This document shows, one piece after another, positions 57,446-64,000 of a DNA stretch of 64,000 nucleotides (the first letter of the stretch is position 1; every line of letters begins with the position of its first letter). Both the position numbers and the translations under genes were made by a program. The notes below the pieces were generated by a model. It did not search any database and was not told where the DNA came from. It was given only the letters and a program-made list of their open reading frames with translations. The stretch comes from the human T2T-CHM13v2.0 reference genome, Homo sapiens, in NCBI RefSeq assembly GCF_009914755.1, contig NC_060928.1, one strand, 5' to 3'.

Positions 57446-58151
57446 CATAAACCTGCAGTCCTGGAACCTTCAAACAGGGCTTGGTCAATACTGCTAAGAA
57501 TATAGAGGCAAATACATTCAAGATAATTTATAGCTAATTCTTTTAGCTTGCAGTTTCTGTTTTCCTTAGAATTATTCAGACCCCATGCAGATCATTTTTC
57601 TAGAAATCCAGGTTTGGTGCTCAATTATGAGACATCAGTTTGAGAGAGGGAATTTGGTTTAGTTTAATGGGCTTGCTTAAGGCACTTGTAAGGAATATAA
57701 GAGACTTGGGTTCTTAAACATGTCTAACATTAGCTAGTATGTCGTTTTTTTCTTTAATCCCTGTTAACACGTCTAGTGTTTCTGAGTTTTGGTTTTGACA
57801 TCTGTAATATGCAAAGGTTGAAATCACTTAGTGGTTACCAGTGCCTCACACTCTTCTAGCCTGTAGAACATTGGCCTCTTCTTTCTATCTCCATTACATT
57901 GTACTCTTTTGAACCAAAACTCAGGTCCTCAGAAGCGAAATCTATTTATTGCTGTAGCTAGTGATGACATCGTGGCCTCATTTCCCAAAGATGTTTCAGA
58001 AATATTCATAATGGATACATAAGATTCTAGGCATACTGCTTTTCTTTCAGCTGTCCAAACACACCAAGATCCTTTCAGCATCCAGGGCTGTGTCTGTTGT
58101 TCTCTCTCCCTGGAAATGCCCTTTTGCATATAGCCATCTCCTCCCATCCTT

Positions 58152-58522
58152 CAGTTTTCTGGGGCTTCCATAAAAAATACCACAGACTGTGTGGCTTCAA
58201 AAACAGAAGTTTATTTCCTCAAAGTCAAGTGAAAGATCAAGGTACCAGTAGGTTTGGTTTCTGGTGAGGCCTCTCTGTTCAGCTTCTAGACCGCTCCTTC
58301 TCACTGTGCCCTCGGCTGGCCTTTTCACCGTGTGCATCCTCCAGGAGACAGAGGGTTCTCATGTCTCTTCCTCTTTTAAAGAATGGTCCAATTGGATTAC
58401 AGTACCACCCACCCTTCTGGCCTCATTTAACCTTAATTACCTCCTTATCTCCAAATACAGTGACACTGGGGGTTAAGGTTTCAACATATGAATTTGGGAG
58501 AACAAAATTTAGTGTGTAACAA
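58152..58522 (-). mobile_element. MLT1A/B LTR inserted in an L2 (about 57950-58810)
   Basis: ccataaaaaataccacagactgtgtggc...tcaacatatgaatttgggagaacaaaatt. Confidence 0.8.
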
Positions 58523-59260
58523 GGTCCCTACTTTCAGCAAGTGCTGCTCTGCACCTTCCTCTCTAAATTTAATCTCTCCTGTTTTTCTCTCATAACACCA
58601 TGTTCATTTCCTTAATCATCTCTGTGTGTATATGCAGACACACATATGTAATATTTTGTACAAATTATTTACTTGGAGCCTGTTTTTGCCATTAGACTGT
58701 AAATATCATAAGGGTAAGAACAAAGCCTACCATATTTACTATTATAGGCTCAGCAATTGGCATGGAGACTAGTGCACAGTGGGCAGTCAATACATACTGT
58801 GGTTTGCTCACTATTTATTTAATGCATAAGCACTTTAAAAATCAAGATGCAAACGAAGAGTGACTCCTTGCACTCCCTGAACTCATCTGTGTCCTGGCAG
58901 TAGTACAGGCACTTTTCAAGCATTATCTCATTTATTCTTTACAGCAACATAAGTTATTGCTGTTTTATTTTCCACTCGGTAGTGATAATCATTGTCTGCA
59001 TTCATAATCCACAAGAGTGGAATTAAAGGGTCAAAAGGTATGAGCATTTTGAAGCTCTCAGAGCATATCATTAAATTGATTTCCACAGAAGCTTGCAATA
59101 GTTTCTGCGTGTCTACTTCATCATACCCTCATAAGGATTAACATTTTTATCTATGCTAGTTGTAGAGGTGAAATAGTATGGCATTACTATTTTAATTCGT
59201 TAGATTATTTGATAACCAAAGAGTCTGAAGCCAAAGCCTTTTCCTGCTAGTCCTATTTAC

Positions 59261-59377
59261 ATCATCTCCCATGCCTAAACATCCTTCTTCTTCATGGGAA
59301 GTTGCCAGGAAGCCTGTAAGAATTCTTGGTTTTCTCAGCATTGTGTTACAGCAAATCTTAATAATGATGAAGATCTT
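59261..59377 (-). pseudogene. Relic exon (117 nt)
   Basis: Open frame KIFIIIKICCNTMLRKPRILTGFLATSHEEEGCLGMGDD; donor GAT|GTAAAT in phase 0, matching the next exon; weak acceptor. Confidence 0.5.
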
Positions 59378-59419
59378 CTTAATTAAAATTGCTCAAGAAA
59401 TTTATTTTTTTTAGTTGAC

Positions 59420-60010
59420 AGCTTCTCGGATAAAATCCTCCAATAACTTCCGATTACCTTCATGATTAAGCCCAAACTCTTCGGCCACCACCTCATTTCC
59501 ATGGTCATCTCTCCCTCCTCTATTTGATATTTTATAGTCAAGCAACACAGAACTGCCCACAGTTTTTGCACACGTAGTGCTTGTCATTTCTTTTTCTTGG
59601 CTGAAGATCTCCACTCTCTTCTGGCTGTATTACATTTCCCCTCTTTTCTCCTTCTTCTTCTCCTCAGCTTCACATCCTCTGGCAAGCTACCATCTCTATT
59701 CAGCATTATTCAACACGTTTTCATGGTATGATTTTTTTCTGTGTCACAATATCAACTTCTCTGTAAATACTTAACCATTGACTGGATTGGGTAACCTTCC
59801 TCTGCTTCCCAATAGCTCCCTGTGTTAACTTGTGAATTGTAATGATGTGTCTGTTTATCTCTCCTGAATGAGACAAGAACTCCTTGAAGTCATAGACCAG
59901 ATCGTCTTCATCTTGTATTCTTAGGAACTAACAAGAGTGCCAGTGATTATTACATAGTACCAGATGTGCAGTAAACATGTTTAAATAAATTAATGACTGA
60001 GAGAATGAAT
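59420..60010 (+). mobile_element. L2 3' region
   Basis: aaaatcctccaataacttcc...aagcccaaactc...tttgcacacgtagtg...gaactccttgaagtcatagacc...taaacatgtttaaataaattaatga. Confidence 0.7.
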
Positions 60011-60072
60011 TATTAACCTTGAGGAGGAAATGCAACATTTCTCCCTGTAAAGTGGATGAAAAAGAAGAAATA

Positions 60073-60122
60073 CTATTAGGTTGGTGCAAAAGTAATTGTG
60101 GTTTTTGCCATTAAAAGTAATA
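60073..60122. mobile_element. MADE1 (mariner-derived MITE) partial
   Basis: tattaggttggtgcaaaagtaattgtggtttttgccatt is an Hsmar1-type terminal inverted repeat. Confidence 0.85.
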
Positions 60123-60389
60123 GATTCAGTAAAGTTTCTATCAGAACAAAAGAAACATCTCTAGATATTTGATATGGAAAGAGATTTAACTCAGCATATT
60201 AGAGCCCAGTGAAACAAGGATCACAGGGTTGAGCATAAGCAGACACTTGCTACTCAGTGTTCCACTTTTCCTCTAGAAATTCAACTGGGCAAGAACCAGG
60301 TGGATGCAGCCCAGATGGTGGGCATGATATCACTACTGAGGAGTCCCAAACAAAATGCTTCTGCCTCTTTATGGATTTGTGAGTCAAAC

Positions 60390-61094
60390 GGAGGGACTCC
60401 AAAAATTATGACAGTGAAAGAGATCTGAACTAACAGACCGCGTCTAGCTTCTAAGCTCCCAAGCTGTCCTTGTTCATTACTGGGCATAGGCCAAGTAACT
60501 TTCGGAAGAATTTAGTTTATAGTTTAACTTTGAAACAAAGATGATAACAGCTCTCTTCTGAAACAAACCCCTTTCTTGTCTGGGGTCCAGGCTGCCTTTG
60601 TAACACAAATTAGCCATAAGATTAAAAATTATGGCTTAGGAGTCATAAAGCCACAGACCACAAGGTTCTGAACCTCCCCAGTTGCTCCTAGGAATAACAT
60701 CACTATTGTAAAACCTAAGATTGATGCTTGAAATATTTTTCAGACCCTGCATTCTGATACACCATCTGGTGCCACACAGATTGGCAATCTGGCTTAATCA
60801 GTTCTGTGATCCAACCCAGAAACAGAAGACAGCAAGAACACACTTTGACCTCCTATGATTTCATCTCTGACTCAACCAATCAGCATTCCCTACTCCCTGT
60901 CCTCTACCCACCAAATTAGCCTTTAAAAACTCCAGTCTCCAAGTTTTCAGGGAGACTTATTTGAGTAATAAAACCCTGGTCTGTCATTCAGTGGGCTCTG
61001 TGTGAATCAAACCCTTTCTCTATTACAATTCCCCTGCCTTGATAAATTGGCTTTATCTGGGCAGCAGGCAAGGAAAACCTATTGGGGAGTCATA
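60390..61094 (+). mobile_element. LTR8-family ERV1 solo LTR
   Basis: aaattatgacagtgaaagagatctga...ccaagctgtccttgttcatt...tttatagtttaactttgaaacaaagatgataacagc...gggcagcaggcaagg. Confidence 0.8.
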
Positions 61095-61662
61095 GGGGAA
61101 GAAATAGGAGCTGGAAGGTATGGAGTCAAAACGGAGAGAAGTGCCTTAGGCAAGTCCTCTACTAAGGTCTGGGAGGAGGTGCCTGGGAAGTGATGAAGAC
61201 CCCTTGGGCCTAATAAAAGTGCCTCCATGAAAGAGCACGGCTAGTCCTGGGGAGCCTGATTCCTTGACTGCAGTTCCCTCCAGAAAACTACAATAGACTG
61301 GCAATGCAACAAGTCTGGTGTGGGAGGGAAACTTCCCCCTAGGAGGCCTCTCCACCCTTGCCTGTGGTTTAGACTGAAAGATCACACATAGAATTTGGGA
61401 GTTGAGCTGGACCCCTTACAGGGAAACTGCTAGCATTCAAGAGTTTAATTATATGGGTATTGTAGAAAAATGCCAGTGATAATCTCAGCTGCCTGTAGCA
61501 CCAAACTGGAAGGCAGGCAAGAAAACACCAGAAGGTGGAAAAACCTCACATTTGCCTTTGGCCAAAGCCGATATGTGTGGCCACTGCTGCTTATGAGGAA
61601 TGATGGTTTCTGCTTCTTTTTGGCCTACCACATATTGCATAAAAGTTGTATTGAAATTTTAC

Positions 61663-61715
61663 CTGAAATCCAGCTAGTGGAATTTAAGTAAATATAATCC
61701 CCAGGGTTCTAGCTC
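61663..61715 (-). pseudogene. Possible small relic exon
   Basis: Long pyrimidine tract but non-canonical acceptor (CAT); ELEPWGLYLLKFH*LDF; donor CAG|GTAAAA. Confidence 0.3.
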
Positions 61716-61929
61716 ATGTGATATAAAGTAACAGGCAAAAAATGGGAAAATAAATCTGAGTTGCTCATAAATAAACCAGCACAGTACAAAAGACAGTGCA
61801 TGGGAATAAAGAAGAGGGAATATTTTTGCCAGACAGACTAAATACCACCTAAAATATAGGAAGCAAACTTGAAAGTTGTGGAATTGGAAATGAGATGGCC
61901 AGGAATAGTTCAAATGATTCCTTTAAAAC

Positions 61930-62625
61930 TGTGAACAGGTAATTCACAAAAATAATTGATGTTAAGAAACTTATAAAATGAAAAACTTAATCTTACTAGT
62001 AATCACAGAGATGAAACACACATATATCTGATTTTTACTCACTTGAAGAATTTTAAGTGCTATCAGAGCTACTTTGGTCACTGATCATGTATGGTCTCAC
62101 ATTTGGTTATATAAGCTACTCAGCGTGCCAAGTACAGGACAAGACAGTTGTTCCACTGTCGTTGGAATCTATTGTTCTCACTTTTTTCAAAATTGATTTG
62201 TCAAAGTGCATCAAGAACCTTAAACTGTTATTTTCTTTTGCTCCCTAATTCTATCTTTAGAAACGCATTCTAAATAAAAAGTTAGAGTTGCTGATCAGTA
62301 ATAATCTAAATAACCACCAGTAAGGGAAAGTTAAAGATGAATAATAGAATGTTTCTTCTAAGAAGAGGAATAATATGGAGCCATGAAAAATTAGACACTG
62401 GAAATCAATTCTGTGACATTACCTAAGTGCATTTTATAATATTAAGGGCTATTTTGTAAGATAACATGAACATTATTCCTGTTATATGCATAAAAATAAG
62501 ATTGGGAAGAAAAGCACCAAAAAGTTGGTCACCATTTTTCTGTGTGATGGTATTGTGGGTGCCTTTTTTTCTCCACACTGTTTTTGTTTGCTTGTCTGCT
62601 TTTATGAGTTCTATAATAAATACAT
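61930..62625 (+). mobile_element. L1ME 3' fragment
   Basis: tgaacaggtaattcacaaaa...ttactagtaatcacagagatg...; colinear with an old L1 3' end. Confidence 0.55.
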
Positions 62626-63260
62626 TTTACTTATTGAGTTGCTTTGAAAATTCATTTGATATTTTGGTTTACAAATATGAAATCAAACTCATCTGTATAG
62701 GTTGCGTGATTCAACAGTTGTCCAGCAGCAACCATCAGACCAAGCGGGGAATTAGGAAACCAAGAGTTTGTTTCAATTTAAGCTGTGTGACGTTTAGCAA
62801 AACAAGTTGGCAGAAGGGCAAAAGTCTTAGGGAGTTGAGAGTGTGACACCATGTTATCTGCCCTGGATAGAAACAAAAATTATATGTGTTAGGATGGGAG
62901 AGGAACACTGAAGTAAAATGAAGGAACTGAGGGACTGAGAATCCTAATGCGATTTTTCTTGAAGCAATTCTAGGAAACAGAAAAGTCCAGAGGGTAGCTG
63001 GGGTATCGAAAGCTGCAGTCATGGAGATGCTTGGAAGACATGATGCAGGACATACAGTCTACATGGATCTGCAGGTCCTTTGGGATGACTCCAACATTTG
63101 AGGAAAGAGCAGAACACAATAAGGATCCTAAGTCTTCAATGGATGCAGAGGGGTGCCCTGGAGCAGGAGGTGGCCTGGCCTGAGCAGCACACAGGAAGTG
63201 ACATGAAGAGATGAGAATTGCAGCACTGTCTCTACACTTGAAGTTCTCAGGATGTCTTAC

Positions 63261-64000
63261 GTTTAAAATAAATGTTTAAAACTTTGATTTTTAACATTTT
63301 TAATTATCATCACTTCTTTAGAAATGTGTTCAGATGTAACCAATTTTCCTGTGGTACCTTTATGATTACTTAGCTTCTGAAGGGGAAGAGGTTATAGTAT
63401 CAGTTAATTTACTTCCCACCTATCATTGCAGTGATTAATGACTGGCCGAATGGAGAATCTGCTTTTAATTTTTTTTCTCATTAAAATCGTACAAGAAATG
63501 TTGACAGTAGCAATTGCTTCTGAACAGACATTTCAGGTTCAAGAATAGTTGAGAACCATTCTGTGGATGGTTGCTCCAGTGAATAGATTTCAAATTATAT
63601 GAAATTGGTTTTTTTGTTAGAAGTGCAAAAGTTGTCCCAAAAATGCATTAATTTTATTAAATTGTTTAGAGACTTGGAGTTCCCTTACAACTGAGCCAGC
63701 TAGCATCTTGGGAAAGGACAGAAGACAAGACTGCCCTCACTGCCTACTGCATACACTGGGCTAGTGTGAAATAATTCTCTATCGTTATGATAATCTATCC
63801 ATCCTCAAGGTAGTAAAATGGAAGCAGGGGCTTCAGTGAAGTCAAAAGGGCCTAGAAGTAGTTGTGTTGTCAAGGGAGAGGGTTCAAGGGGAGATAGTAA
63901 TTCTGATCATAGTTCCTATCAGTATTATTTTCTCAAGGTAGATATTATCTGTCCAAGATGTCTTCTTCACTGATGTTTCCAGCACCTCAGTTTGCCGCTC
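63261..64000 (-). pseudogene. Relic exon (5' end outside window)
   Basis: Frameshifted segments LEPSPLTTQLLLGPFDFTEAPASILLP*GWIDYHNDRELFHTSPVYAVGSEGSLVFCPFP / PKMLAGSVVRELQVSKQFNKINAFLGQLLHF / FEIYSLEQPSTEWFSTILEPEMSVQKQLLLSTFLVRF; donor C|GTAAGA at 63260. Confidence 0.55.

Noticed and set aside
59411-59614. Protein-looking minus ORF (…EEFGLNHEGNRKLLEDFIREAVN) as a relic exon
   Set aside because: It is the antisense of a recognisable L2 3' region
62043-62168. Exon-like block with a GTGAGT donor (IPTTVEQLSCPVLGTLSSLYNQM*DHT*SVTKVALIALKILQ)
   Set aside because: It lies within a colinear L1ME fragment and has no polypyrimidine tract

Overview
AT-rich primate (human-like) genomic DNA, judged from AluY/S/J, L1PA/PB/MA/ME, MaLR and ERV LTRs, L2, MIR and MER elements. 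No intact protein-coding gene, RNA gene or CRISPR array is visible, and nearly all long ORFs in the track are L1 or Alu debris. The main hidden signal is in the unique DNA between repeats. On the minus strand it reads as a chain of about 30 decayed exons, with GT-AG-type boundaries, mostly matching intron phases, and protein-like frames broken by scattered stops and frameshifts. The chain runs across the whole window and appears to continue past both ends. I interpret it as the relic of a very large (roughly 2,500+ aa) multi-exon gene that I cannot name, possibly a unitary pseudogene. It was reconstructed by eye, so individual exon calls are uncertain. Other notable features are a full-length L1PA with an apparent 3' transduction, a nearby inverted, 5'-inverted (twin-primed) L1PA that shares private disabling mutations with it (probable gene conversion), and a three-level L1/MST/L1 nest. 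Repeat subfamily names come from recalled consensus sequences, not from a RepeatMasker run.
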